A stretch of DNA of 64,000 nucleotides from Octopus sinensis. Lineage: Eukaryota. Every line of letters begins with the position of its first letter. Position 1 is the stretch's first letter. The position numbers and the translations under genes are program-made. The notes beneath the pieces were generated by a model. That model did no database searches. It saw only the letters and a list, made by a program, of their open reading frames with translations, and was not told the origin of the DNA. The stretch lies in NCBI RefSeq assembly GCF_006345805.1, contig NC_043006.1, positions 34,534,001-34,598,000 of the forward strand. Reading direction: 5' to 3'. Below, in pieces: positions 51,195-64,000 of the stretch.

Positions 51195-51460
51195 TACAAG
51201 GTCTGATCAATAAGTATATGGATTGTTGCCATAGTAACGAAGCTAAAGCATGCAGAAAGAAGTCGCTTGGCACAGATTGACTTTGAACTCTGCTGTATAT
51301 GTGCACTAAGTTTTAATGTTCTAGTTCGCTTCCACTGCTAACAGCAGTGCTTGGAAGGAAGGTGTGTAGTGTGTGATCATCACATTGACCATGACAGAGA
51401 AAGTTGTCATGACGATACCTGCTCAGAGGCCTATGCAAAGTTGCAGAAAGTGTGTGGGCT
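51195..51460 (+). mobile_element. 5' fragment of another mariner-like element
   Basis: TA-CAAGGTCTGATCAATAAGT TIR-like start, then ATGACAGAGAAAGTT (MTEKV), then truncated. Confidence 0.5.
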
Positions 51461-51754
51461 CAAAAAGAAAAAAAAAAAAAAAAAAGCAATGACATATATA
51501 GGCATTCATTAATTAATTGATTAACTACTCCTATTATATTCAGAAAAAATTAAAACTTCAGTCTAATTTTGCATATTCTTAGTCTCTCAGTCTTCAGTAT
51601 TTGTTCATTGTTTACTAAAAGGCATGTGGTGGCATGCATAAGTAAATGTATGTATATACAGAGATATACATGTGGGTACGTGTACATAGCCTCACATACA
51701 CACATATATGTATACATGAACACACGCATATGCACACATCCTGGTTGGATTGTC

Positions 51755-52060
51755 AGAGAAAAATTTTATGGTTCAACCCACCTGATAGCATGAATGTAGC
51801 CACTAAAATAGCTAAGGAAATTCTTACAACTAATAGACAATCACTTCCCACACTCACACAAATGCCATAAGATCTTCAATAGAAACACTGTTAAAGCTTG
51901 CTATAGTTGCCTCCCGGATATAGGATTGATAACAATTACAATAAAAATAACTCCACTGGGAATACCCCTGAAAAACATTGCAATTGTAGATCTCCAAACA
52001 GCTCTCTTCTAAACAATAGCTGTGTGAAAAAAGAATTGTATACAAGGCCAAAATCAACTG
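51755..52060 (+). mobile_element. Penelope-like element fragment (RT C-terminus/linker to GIY-YIG start)
   Basis: Across frameshifts it reads [21 protein letters not shown] / [33 protein letters not shown] / [27 protein letters not shown], the typical WFNPP...HFP...[12 protein letters not shown]...CNC...IVYKA pattern. Confidence 0.8.
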
Positions 52061-54963
52061 AACAATGACAATACCAACAACATCCAATCTACAAGCTTCA
52101 CTCTGGGGTAATTAAAAGACACTTCTATAAGGTTGTTCTACCTGCTAGAAATAGCAGCAAAAATCTCTATCAAATTCCACCCTATCATCTTTAAAAGGAA
52201 AAAAAAATGGCACTTTGAATATGGTACTGGGTCCCATACCTTTTAGTTAAAAAGATGGGATAATCAAGACTGAAATGCTTTTAATCAGAGTTGATCTGGG
52301 ATCTTTCCTCTTACATTTTCTGTTTTGCAAATTGTTTGGAAACCCCACTAATGATGGTGGCATTACAAAAGCACCTACTACACACAGTAAGGTGGTTGGT
52401 TTCAGGAAAGGTATTCAGCAACAGAAACCATGCCAAACTTCACAAAGGAGCTCAGTGCAGCATTGTGGTTCACTGGGTCTTGTCAAACCATCCACTTCAT
52501 GCCAACATAGACAGAAAATGATGATGATGATGATGATGTATCAGCTCATGAAAATTTCTGTATAAACAGAGCTCAAAATTTTCCTTTGATTAATATGACT
52601 TTGAATGCACAATGCCTAGAAAAAAAAATACATAATTAGAGCTGAAATATCTTTATACTTCAATTCAGTGAGGACTGACTTCGCAGTCAATAGCAACAAA
52701 GCGTATATGAGACCCAAAGTTGCTTGAAGAGCTAAAAATAGCTGCTAAATTTGTCTTATTGCACCTTAGTAATTCTGGAAAGGTAGAGACAGATTGGATA
52801 ATATAAGATATGCAAAGCCTGGGAATGAACTTAAGAAGAGATGAACTTAACTGGAAAGTCTTTGAGACTTAATCTGTTTAATCCGTCCTGGCTTAAGCCT
52901 AACAACACAGCACAAAACAAGTACCACTGCTGCTGCTGCAGTAATGTTTGTGTTTCACAACAAATCCTCAGACATAGTGAGTAATGTTCAGTTTAAATAT
53001 AGACTATTGGAAGTTAGTTCACCATTCGAGGCTGCATGAATTAAGTAACACCTCTGTCACCACCACCTTTCTTGTATCATCCTGTGTTTGGCCAGTTGAG
53101 TCATACAATTGACAAATATATCCGGGTTGTGTAGCTAAGGTGGTAAGACAGGAGGTAGGTCATAGTGAAAAGCTTTGTGACTTGTACAGTGCGACCAACA
53201 AAACAGCTAGCTTGTTAGGAATAGAAAGATTGATTAAGGAATAGTTAAGAGAAAATTAATTAAGGTGATCAAGCCAAGGCTCACATTCATTATTATTTAT
53301 GCTGTTATTTATCCCAATGTAATCCAACATTGGGCAGATCTATGATCAAAAGGTATTCCAGTGGTAACTACCTCTTGTCTTTTCAAACAGTCTAACTAGG
53401 ACTAAATTATCCAATGTAACCTTCTTTGGTTTTAGAGATGCTAAGGCTTAAGAGAGATTTCATACCCATTTCTAGCAGATGAAGAAACTATGTAAAAGCC
53501 CTTTCCTCTTAGGTCTGTGTTGTTGTTGTTGTTAAACATTGGTTAACATTTGCTGGCTGTAGACATACTGTCTCATACCATGTGTATTTCAGTTTGAAAA
53601 TACAGAAACCCCATCACATACCCGCATAACTTCCTGAACACAGGTTACCATGATATTATCCCCAATATGAATGCTTCGAAGCATTTCCCCAAGGTTGATT
53701 TTGCCTTTCATCCTTCTGGGGTTGATAAAGTAAGAACCAGTTGAACACAGGGGTCAATGTAATCGACTTATTCCCTTCCTCCGAAATTGCTGGCCTTGTG
53801 CCAAAATTTGAAATCAATATGAATGCTTCCAAGCAATATTACTCTTAGAAAAAAAGCTTCAAATATTAAAAAGTAGCTGAAGAAAAGAGAAATGGTGATG
53901 CATCCAAACAATTTGGTATCAGTGGATCTACTTATTCATTTATGATAGAAGAAAGAAAGATTAAACTCAGCATTAGGAAATCAAAAAGCATTCAAATGGG
54001 GAAAAATGTATTTTTATCTTAGAAGCAGAATTGAGAATGAATTTTCATGGTTTTTAGAGAATGAAGATGTGCTGTTTCAATTTAAATAATGCATAGAAGC
54101 ACTGTTTGTTTCCTAATTCGCATTTCAAGGCAAATCATAATTGGATTACATGTTTAGCATACAAATTTATATACAAGTTCATATCTAAATGCAATCTACA
54201 AGCAGAATGTTGAGAATATGCAAATGTTTTTTAAGATTAAGCATCTAAATATATGCATATATACGGTCTGAATGTAGAACAGTGAGAATGTATCAAAGTT
54301 AAAATGCAATGATATAAAAACACATGTGACGTAGCTACATCCACCATTCTATAGAGCCTAATTCAAACAAATGAATAAATAGGGCATATACATATAGGCA
54401 CAGGCATGACTGGGTTGTAAGAAATCTGCTTCCCAACCACATGGTTCTGGGCTCAGTTCCACAGCATAGCACCTTGGGTAGGTGTCTTTTACTATAGCCT
54501 CAGGCCAGCCAAAACCTTTTGAGTGGATTTGGTAGATGGAAAATAAAAGAAGCCCATCCTATATACATGTGTGTGTGTGTGCTTGTCTCCCACCACCAAA
54601 GGACAACCGGTGTTGATGTGTTTACATCCTATGCTTTGGCAAAAGAGACCAATAAAATAAGAACAAGGTTTAAGAAAAACAAATACTTGGGTCAATTCAT
54701 TTGACCCAGCATGGCTGCAGTCTAATGACCAAAAAAGAGAAGATTCTAACCAAGTAGAAGAAAAAAATTGATTTTTAATGCCAATAATTGAAGATATTGA
54801 TGTTTTAGACAATATTGCCATCAATTTGTAATGTGAAAGGGGTTTAAAGCACTTGAGGGTTTTATAGATATGGGATCATTAAGACGAGATTCTTTCAGAG
54901 TGTTTGGAAAATGAAATTCATTTATATAAGCGTATGTATGTGTATATTTGTGTATGTTACATA

Positions 54964-55326
54964 CAAGCCTAAGCACCAAACTGTTAATTAACAAAGTTAA
55001 CATTTTCGTTAATGATTTAACTTTTCAGTTAACTTTTGAAATCATTATTGGACTAATTAACTTCTGTTACTTTTAACTTCCGTTAAGTTCATTTGAATTG
55101 AAGTTAACTGATTTTATAGTTTTGGCACTTTTTAACGGTGATTTTAGGTGGTTTTTAGAGTGACAACAGATTTTTTTTTTCTGTAATAAAAATTAACATT
55201 AACAGTTTATCAATAACCTCCATTACATTACGAAATAATTAACCGATTAATGGCTATCAAAGTTAACTTCTTGGTTAATGGATTAATGGTTGAAGTTAAC
55301 TTTACAATTAATGGTAAGCACCTTTG
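54964..55326. mobile_element. Possible MITE with multiple GTTAAC/TTAAC subterminal motifs
   Basis: Dense GTTAAC motifs and weakly complementary ends (AGCACC...AAAGTTAAC / GTTAACTTT...GCACCTTTG). Confidence 0.35.
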
Positions 55327-55651
55327 ATTATATACACATCTGGAATTTAAAAGTTGCACCATAGGCTATTCATGTAAGAGAAGAGCCACTCAGAAGAGAA
55401 CAATTACAAGTGGGAAGAATTCATTGGTCATACTCAACAACAGGGTTGGAGAGTATTTTCTGTTGATGTATGTACTATATGACATTGTAAGATTCATCCA
55501 ACCCATGCCAGCATGGAGAAACACAACTAAAATAATGATGAACATAGTGATATATGTATCCAGATTTTTACTTTAGAAAAATTTTCCCCAATAGAGACAC
55601 AGATAGTCTCCAACCCAGAGACAAAGAAAATTTCTTTGTTGTAATTTAAAC

Positions 55652-55914
55652 CATGGCTGTGGAGTTGGAGTCAGAAACAATTAAGGGGTAGCTGGAGTCA
55701 GAGTCGGTAAAACTGACTCTGACTCACAATATATTTACTCTTTAATATAAACCAGTTATAACATATAAGCCTACTCAAAGTACAAGCGTATGCATATGCT
55801 TTATGAGATATGGAGACCACAATCACTTAATTACATAAAGAGGAGTTAAGAGTCAGAGGTGCCAATACTAGAGGAGTCGGAGTCAAAGATTTTTGGTTTT
55901 ACTCCCCAGCCCTG
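55652..55914. mobile_element. MITE with GGAGTC subterminal repeats
   Basis: CATGGCTGTGGAGT ... ACTCCCCAGCCCTG ends, each flanked by TTTAAA, with repeated GGAGTC(A/G)G motifs. Confidence 0.55.
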
Positions 55915-57799
55915 ATTTAAACAACATTAATATGTTATATACAGCACATATGTATGCCACAGAACATCTCAAAACCAGACACCAATATCTAAGCCTTGTC
56001 CAAGCTTAATTAGGTTACCTATGAAGAAAACCAAACAATACCAAAGCAATGCCCATAAACTAGGAATCTAGAAACATTTTCTATTTTACAGAAATAGAAG
56101 GAAAAATCAGAATAACAAGACTAAGATATAAGAAATTTACAATCAAGCATAAAATATCTGCATTTCTATCATCATATATATACTAGCAGCTAAGCCTGGT
56201 TTCAACCGGTTGCTTTAGATGATGTAGCTGTAATACCTGCTCTGTGTAGGCATTCGACTTATTTGGGCACACGTTAAAAAACAATTTTAGAATGACTTTT
56301 ATGCCAAAACACTAAAAATAACTGACCAACAACAAAAAAAAAAACCCCATGATTCAACCAAATCAAAAATAAACCCAAATACTAAGCAAACAAAGATGAA
56401 CCATCCTACTTCCATTGCATGCACATGCACACACACAAACACACATTTACATACCCGTTCCTTCTACATGCAAACACACATATATTCACAGAGTTGAAAT
56501 GCTGTTTGATTTATTTTTTTCAGCATACCATTTTCATCATCCAACTACCAAGTATGACATCACCCCTTCCTTTCTCATTCATAAACACAAGTGTATTATT
56601 ATAATAGATTATCTCGGTAACCATGGGAGCTATGAAAATATACAAAGTGCAGCATCACCACCAGATCATTCTACACATCTGTATAATTTTTCACGCAATC
56701 CCACCCAACCATTTGAACGTGAATCCTAAGACAAGAAAGAATTGGCCATGCCAAATGTATATGTATAGATTAGAGGTTTGTATGTATGTGTATATATATA
56801 TATACATACACACACATATGTACATACGTATATGTACATGCATATGTGGGCACAGGACATCACAAAAAGTGTACAACAAAAAAATATGAAGCATGAGTAC
56901 ATGGAACATGAACTATTCTTTTGAATAATGAAAGACACAAATGGAAATCAAAACAAACAACAAAAGGAACGACCCTTCATCAGTTGTTAGCTGTTTTTCT
57001 AGTCTCATATTTTGAGCATTTAACATCAATATATGCTTTCTAAGTTACAGGGACGTAAACACACTAACACCAGTTATCAAACCATATCAGACTGGAGCCT
57101 GGTGCAGCCTCCTGGTTTCCCAAACCCCAGTTGAACCGTCCAAACCATGCTAGCACAGAAAACAGATGTTAAATGATGATAATGATGATGTGTCTATGTC
57201 ACACACATACACGACAGGCTTCTTTCAGTTTCTACCTACCAAATCTACTCACAAGGCATTGGTTGGCCTGAAGCTATAATAGAAGACACTTGCCAAGGTG
57301 CCAAGCAGTGGGACTGAACTCGGAACCATGTGGTTGGGAAGCAAGCTTCTTACCTCACAGTTACTCCTGTGCAGAAATATTTCACTAGAAGACAAAGAGG
57401 TATTAGTTTAAACATAATGTAACTAGAAACAAAAGAAAATGGCTTTAATAGATGAGAAAATTCAATATTTCACATGATTATTCTTTAGTTTTCTTTCTTT
57501 CTCTCCATTAAACTTTTTATAATTCACTGCCTTCCTTCTTTTCTTCCTTCCTCCTTTTCTTTCCTTTTCCCCTTCCTACCATCTCATTGTTTTTTCTAAG
57601 CTCTTTCCTCATTTCTTTCACTTTCTTTCTCTCTCTCTGTCTACTCCCCTCTCTCTCCCAACATTTCTATTTCCTTTGCTTAGTAGTAATACTAGTGGTA
57701 GTCTTGGTGGTGTTAATGGTGAAAGTACAAGTAATAGTAGTAGTAGCAGGATTGTGGGAGTGTACTTGAAATTATTGCAAGGTGGTAGAGGTAATTCTA

Positions 57800-57827
57800 A
57801 CAGTAGTGTGGTAAGTAGATAATGGTG

Positions 57828-57859
<32 letters not shown>

Positions 57860-58100
57860 GGTAGTAGTAGTGGTGGTAGTAGTAGTAGTAAGTAGATAGT
57901 AGTAATAGTAGTGGTGGTGGTGGTGGTGGTAGTGGTAGTAGTAAGTAGATAATGGTAGTAGTAGTGATGGTGGTAGTGGTAGTAGTAAGTAGATAATGGT
58001 GGTGGTAGTAGTAGTGGTGGTGGTGGTGGTAGTGGTGATAATGGTATTAGTGATAGTAGTAGTAACGGTATTAGTAGTGGTGGTGGTGGTGGTAGTAGTA
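57800..58100. repeat. (GTA/GGT)n compound microsatellite with a recurrent GTAAGTAGATAATG marker
   Basis: Directly visible; it explains the poly-Thr ORF 57797-58129. Confidence 0.9.
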
Positions 58101-59205
58101 GCCCTATTGTTGCAATGAAAGTCTAACATTTCTTAGGTTTCTGACTTCACCAAAAGAAATTAACATAAAATGCTACAAAATACAACAAAAAGAAATCAAA
58201 TTAATAAATGAAATAAATAAAAGTAAAACAAAACGAGACAAAAAAAAAGCTGAAAAATGAATGACCAGTGTTTATTGAAAGTTAAAGCAATAGACAAGGA
58301 AAGTAGCAACTGATTCTTACTTGCAAATTAACTCTTGCCCTCGTCTACCTTGTCAGAATAAGGTTATTGACAAGGCTGGCTACGGTGGAAAGAGAACTAA
58401 ATATATCTAACTTTTGTCTTTTATTTGTTTCACTTACCGGACTGCAGCCAAGATGGGTCACATTAGCCAAAACAAACCGACCCATCATCATCATTATTTA
58501 ATGTCCGTTTTCCATGCTGGCATGGGTCGGACAGTTTGATAGCAGAAAGCAGTGCCAGGCTCCAATTGTCTGTTTTGGCATGGTTTCGATGGACGATGCC
58601 CTTCCTAACACCAACCACTTTACAAAGTATATTGGGTGCATTATGGAAACAGTGCTTTGAAATATTTGAACCATGTTAATAGTTTTAGATGTCAAAAATA
58701 ACAGCAAAGTGTCCAGGTATCTTCAGGGCTATCTTATTCAAAAGGCTAATTGCCTACATATTTTTCCCACAGAAATACAAGTTGGTGGTAAAGAGCTTTC
58801 TAGAGAAGATGAATGAGTACTACATATTCATATGTTGAGAGTCTACATAATCCTAAAGAGGTCACCATATATATATGTATATATACTTATGTACTGAGTT
58901 AAATATCTTGTGTTTCTTCCACCAAACTTATATTATTTCCAATAAGTTTTCTTTCACCTTACTCTAACCCTAATTATTTCTTGATTATTTTCTTGTAAAT
59001 TCCCAATTATTCATATTTAACCCTATAAGACTACCCTAAGCTAATTAATCAGTTAATTATTTCTTGAAAACTATACAAATAGCCATCTTACATTTTAAAT
59101 TATATAAGCTACACGATTTTTGTTCCATTACGATACATGTTCATCCAATTTGTGCTTAATCTACTCTTGTTACAAAATACTTGTGTGCAAAATTAAAACT
59201 TCATT

Positions 59206-59433
59206 ACATTATTTACATTTGACGTATATTTGTCCTCATCTTTTTTGTTGTTCACACAATGTTTTGGCTGATATACCCTCCAGCCTTCATCAGGTGTCTT
59301 GGGGAAATTTCGAAATTTCCTCAAGACACCCAATGAAGGCTTGAAGGGTATATCAGCCGAAACGTTGAGGACAAATATCCGTCAAATGTAAAATAATGTA
59401 CATAATTCCTCATCTCTTAAATATAGAACTGTA
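59206..59433. mobile_element. Head-to-head pair of family 2 hammerhead/tail segments (copy D) forming a palindrome of about 195 bp
   Basis: Centred on GGGGAAATTTCGAAATTTCCTC (59301-59322). Both cores are mutated (AAAA for GAAA on minus; CCAAUGA on plus). Confidence 0.75.
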
Positions 59434-60874
59434 TTAAAGCTTTATTGTTCATCACCATCATTTTAGCATCCACTGCCCTATGCTTACATGGGTAAAACGG
59501 AGTTTGAGGCAGATTTTCTAGTCAGATGCCTTTCCTATCACTAACCCTCACCTGTTTCTAGCCAAGATAACATCTCCCCATGGCTGGACATACTTTCCTA
59601 GAATATTGGAAATGAATGACACTGTTTATATGACAGTGACACTAATTTGCAATTACCATGTGATGACAAGACAAGGAAATGCAAAATACACACACACCTC
59701 ACTTTCCATTTCCAAACCTTCTCACAAGGCTTCGACTGGAGGTTAAAGTGGAAACTCTATCCCAAAGTGTTATGCAGTGAGACTGAACCCAAAATGATGT
59801 GGTTGGGAAGCAAAATTTTTAACTACACATTCATGCCTGCATCTTAATGTACAAATGATCAATTCTGTCAAATCCCTTACACTTTCTCTTTATGAGAATA
59901 TGGAAGTTCAAATCTTATTTTTTTATTGCCCACAAGGGGCTAAACATTGAGGGGATTTCAAATCTTACTCCACTAAATTCTTTGAAAGTTTCTGAAATGT
60001 AATTCAACATTCTACTTTCTTATTTTCAGAATCTAAATAAAAGTAATGATTCCATCCTTTCTACATCTATTTTCTTCTACTCTTACATCCAATCGACATC
60101 CTTGTTCTTGCCAAATATCTATCCTACATACATGCTTGTATAACAACAATTGTATTCAACATGTCTAACACTGTGAATAGTTGAAAGACAAAACTTAAGT
60201 CAGTGTCCAACATTTTCCTATATACACACCTCACACATACACATAGTATCAGAATGTTAAGGTAAGGGAATTGAAATCTTTCCATAACCAACGTGTTGTT
60301 TACAGCTATTTGAAGATCCCGTTTACACACACACATACATGTACTCTTAATATATATATTTGAAGATATATACACAGTCAGACAAGTTTACAGATGAAAG
60401 AATCTGATTAATTTGCAAAGTGAATTAAATTTGGAATGCAATCTAACAAAGAAATGATTCCCAGGCGTAAAAGGATATAATAGAAATTGAATTAATACAG
60501 TGATTGTGTTTTGGAATGTAGCCCAAATGGATGGCCAGAACTGTCAATCAGATCGTGTAATACTAGATACTATTTGCAGTTGATACATCTACAAGGAAGT
60601 AAAACAACCTGACAGATGGCCATGCAATTGATCAGCAAATGAATGTACAAAAATGCAGGCTGACTGGCATAAAGACAGGCTGAGCAACTGAAGAACACAA
60701 TTGCTTGCTTTTCTAAAACAGAGATAGAGGGCAGTGTCTACAATTTTTCCATGTCTTCCTAGATCTCAGACTGATGTGATTGGTATAGATCAGTGGTTCC
60801 CACCCCTTTCATTTAAATGAGCTTTCCTGTGGACCCCTTTTGATATGTTTATCCTTATATATATGTGTATATAT

Positions 60875-61080
60875 ATAAAGTTAATCCAAACATGAAAACC
60901 CAACAATGCAAGGATGTAGAACAAGTATAGTGTTATTGGATGCTCAGGAAAGGAAACAAAGAAGGAGGATTTAACGTTTCAAGTGGAGCTCTTCATCAGA
61001 AACATAGGAAAAGGAAAGATCCAAGGAAGGGAAGACGGAGAAAAAAAATCGCGAATGATACACAAGCGGTTACATTTTGA
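60875..61080 (-). mobile_element. Penelope-LTR-like fragment, possibly inserted into a CAGTGGTTC-ended MITE (about 60791-61165)
   Basis: Carries a hammerhead motif at 60969-61003. The host MITE assignment rests only on the left end CAGTGGTTCCCA. Confidence 0.45.
60969..61003 (-). ncRNA. Minimal type I hammerhead ribozyme-like motif, family 3
   Basis: GUUU-CUGAUGA-A-GAG-CUCCA-CUU-GAA-ACGU-U-AAAU. The core is complete, stem I is GUUU/AAAU, stem II has 3 bp and stem III is the palindrome ACGU. Confidence 0.6.
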
Positions 61081-61569
61081 ATGAATGTGTATATATATAT
61101 ATATGCGAAATTTTGCATTTAGTTCACAGACCCACAGTACTACTTTTGTAGACCACCAGGTATTGATGATGCCTAGACTAAACATGGACAGCAGGGAAAT
61201 GGCTGTGTAGTTTAAATTCTTGCAAGAGTAACTCAAAAGACTGTGTGGTGGTGCTTACCAGACAGCATGTTATCTTTTACTTGTTTCAGCCATTGGACTG
61301 TGGTCATGCTGGAGCAGCACCCTGAAAAGTTTTTCTTTTTAGTCAAAATGATCAATTCCAGTACATTTTTTTCAAAATCTGGTACTTACTTACTCTCAGT
61401 CCCTTTTACCAAACTGCGGGGGACAAAAAAATAAAAAATAGAATAAGTATAAAATAAACAAGTGAAACAAATAATATGCTTTACACTGATAATGAAATAC
61501 TTTAAATAAAATCATTCTATTTTGATTCTATTTGAGGCTTCAGAATTGAATACATGTGCATAATCCATG

Positions 61570-61990
61570 TAAAAAACACCTGTGCAGGTACCATGCAAAA
61601 AACACCTGTGCAGGTACCACGTAAAAAACACCTGTGCAGGTACCACATACAAAACACCTGTGCTGGTGCCACCTAAAAAACACCTGTGCAAGTACCACGT
61701 AAAAAACACCTGTGCAGGTACGTAAAAAACACCTGTGCTGGTACCATGTAAAAAACACCTGTGCAGGGTACCACGTAAAAAACACCTGTGCTGGTACTAT
61801 GTAAAAAAAAACATAGTGCTATGTAAAAGGGCCCAGTACAATCTATAAAGTGATTGGCATTAGGAAGGACATCTAGCCCCAGCAACTATGCTAAAACAGA
61901 TGACTGGAGGATGGTGCAGCCCTTAAAATTGCCAGCTCCTGTCAAACTGTGCAACCTATGCCATCATGGAAAACAGGAATATAATAATGA
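61570..61990 (+). repeat. Minisatellite of 9 x 25-26 bp units fused to an RTE-type 3' UTR copy
   Basis: Unit AAAAACACCTGTGC(A/T)GGTACCA(C/T)GT spans 61571-61802, followed by GGCATTAGGAAGG...CCTATGCCATCATGGAAAAC. Confidence 0.9.
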
Positions 61991-63840
61991 CACATGCATG
62001 GCTCTATGGTTAAGAAGTCAGCATTCAGGTGCGAAAATACCTGGGCATAACAGGTCCCTTCAGAACTAGGTTCAACATCTGTAAGTTCTCATCTAACATC
62101 CAAGAGAGGTGAGACGTCATATCTTTAGCAAGGTTCTTATGGGAATTGAAGGAGAATGTTATGGGTTATGACATCAGACGGAGGATCTGAGGTAAGTGTA
62201 AACCTTACCTTAATGGTAATAGGAGGTTCGGATTCAGCATGGCTGAAAGAAGGATAATACTAAATAACTATATCCACCTTCCACCAAGACACTTACCTTA
62301 ACTGTGAGGGTGAGGTTTTCTGATCCTGCCCTCATGAAAACAGATTTGTACTAGCATGTGTGTGTGTGTGTGTGTGTGTGCATGCATAAGGCCTGTGCAT
62401 GGCTATGTGATTAGGACACTTGCTTCCTATCTTCATGGCTTCTGGTTCAATCTTGAGTGGATTTAGTAGATGGAAATGCAATGAAAGTTATCAAATATAT
62501 GTAAGTGTATGTGCAAGCATGCATGTGTGTGTGTGTGTGTGTCTCTCTCTCTCTCTGTCTTCAAATCACAGTTTAGTCATAAATGAGTGCCATTATCATT
62601 CATTTTTCAATATTTAAAAAAAAAAAAATATCTGGCTATTGGGAAATATTATCTTGCTTGAAAACAAGTGAAGGTTGGTGACAGGAAAAGCATCCAGCCA
62701 TATAAAATCTGCTTCAATAAATTTCGTCTGACCTATGCAAGCATAAAAAAGTAGGGGTTAAAAAAAAAACAATGATGATGATGCCTGCCAGCTGCACCAT
62801 TGGTATACTTCATGGTTTTTCTTCAAACTGAAGTCTGAGGAACAGTTAGAAGACTGTAGAACACAGATACAGATATAAACGACCATACACGATGTCAAAA
62901 GTAACCATCCTCCACCCTATCCCATTTCCACTCCTGTCAGCTCTTATCCCAGCCCAAACCACATCCTACGAATAAACATTCCCCTGACCATGATGTTTTC
63001 GTTTTCACTCCCAATCCAAGGGACATAACTTCAAAGAACTAAAGAATTTCCTTCCTAGGTTTTTTTTGGCCTGGATGATTTTCATTCCAGTAGTTTTACA
63101 ACCTTTTAGAACAGCTGACTGGAAATGACACTTTTGGGCTTTCGGTGGAAAGGGCTTGTGCTATATCATTCCCTTTAAACTTTCCTGATGATTTTCGGGG
63201 TTACCATAACCCTGGTACGAAATCGATTCACTGAGATGAGAATATTATATTTAATTAATAACAACATGCCCACTCTATTTAATTAATACATGAGTGCCTG
63301 TTTTTTCTGACATGTGGAATTTTAAACACACACACACGTATGTACAAATATATAAGCATACATACACACAAACATGTATATGCATATATATATACACATA
63401 TACATGCAACATACACTTGATATACATGTATACATACATACAGATACATGTACTGATAAATGTACATGCACATACATGTATATATACATTTATACATACA
63501 CATACATAAACACAACACACACATGCTCACAGGAAACGATATGAAACACTGTTATAGCACATATGGAAACGGTTTCAGTGGAGAATAGGCTTAATCAAAA
63601 ATGATAATCAATTATTTAAATTAGTCATTTACTTCAATTCTTTTATGAATCTAATACAATTTAATTGCCCAACAATGTATAACATGTACATGTGTTCCCT
63701 ATATGTATGGTAATATTGAAACATGTTACATACAATAGACTTGAAAGGCATATGGGACACTCTTTGTTCCTTTGTGTGTGTGAATGTATGTATATATATA
63801 TGGATAGATATGCATATACATATATTACATTTATACACAG

Positions 63841-63871
<31 letters not shown>

Positions 63872-64000
63872 CACATACACGTGTATGTATGTATATACAT
63901 ACACATGTACACACACACACACGCATGCATGCATACATACATATACAGTGAAAAAAATTTTCCAAAGGATGCCTTCTGCATTAAGAACATATAGCTAAGT

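Noticed and set aside
58744-58820. Strong acceptor (CTAAT branch + TTTTTCCCACAG) suggesting a terminal exon EIQVGGKELSREDE*
   Set aside because: The segment GAAATACAAGTTGGTGGTAAAGA has an inverted homologue at about 58912-58938, so it appears repeat-derived. No donor or protein similarity was found.
61570-61802. Regularly spaced 25-26 bp repeats resembling a CRISPR array
   Set aside because: The units are contiguous with no unique spacers, the context is eukaryotic, there are no cas genes, and the unit derives from the adjacent LINE 3' UTR.

Overview
AT-rich, microsatellite-dense eukaryotic DNA that is almost certainly intronic or intergenic. The repeat repertoire looks like a coleoid cephalopod (octopus-like), but that is an inference I cannot verify here. 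I found no recognisable host protein-coding gene, rRNA, true tRNA gene or CRISPR array; nearly all ORFs in the track are translations of simple repeats or SINEs. The window is a mosaic of dead or non-autonomous mobile DNA: a 5'-truncated RTE-type LINE (3845-6870) with about 20 dispersed copies of its 3' UTR, other RTE 3' ends, an RLE-type non-LTR fragment, a full-length degenerate Hsmar1-like mariner (15509-16757), further Tc1/mariner remnants and MITEs, piggyBac-like MITEs, non-autonomous Helitrons, a Penelope RT/GIY-YIG fragment and several tRNA-derived SINE families with swapped modules. The most interesting signal is a set of minimal type I hammerhead-ribozyme motifs from at least three sequence families. 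One family sits inside a roughly 250-300 bp element built as tRNA-like Pol III head + hammerhead + ~80 nt tail, which recurs four times, three of them with an inverted copy of its own 3' end: a candidate Penelope-mobilised, ribozyme-carrying SINE or retrozyme. Also notable are several long fold-back structures, a locally rearranged block at 39.1-41.2 kb, and a SINE trimer inside a single 16-bp target-site duplication. All alignments were done by eye, so boundaries are approximate unless a terminal motif is quoted.
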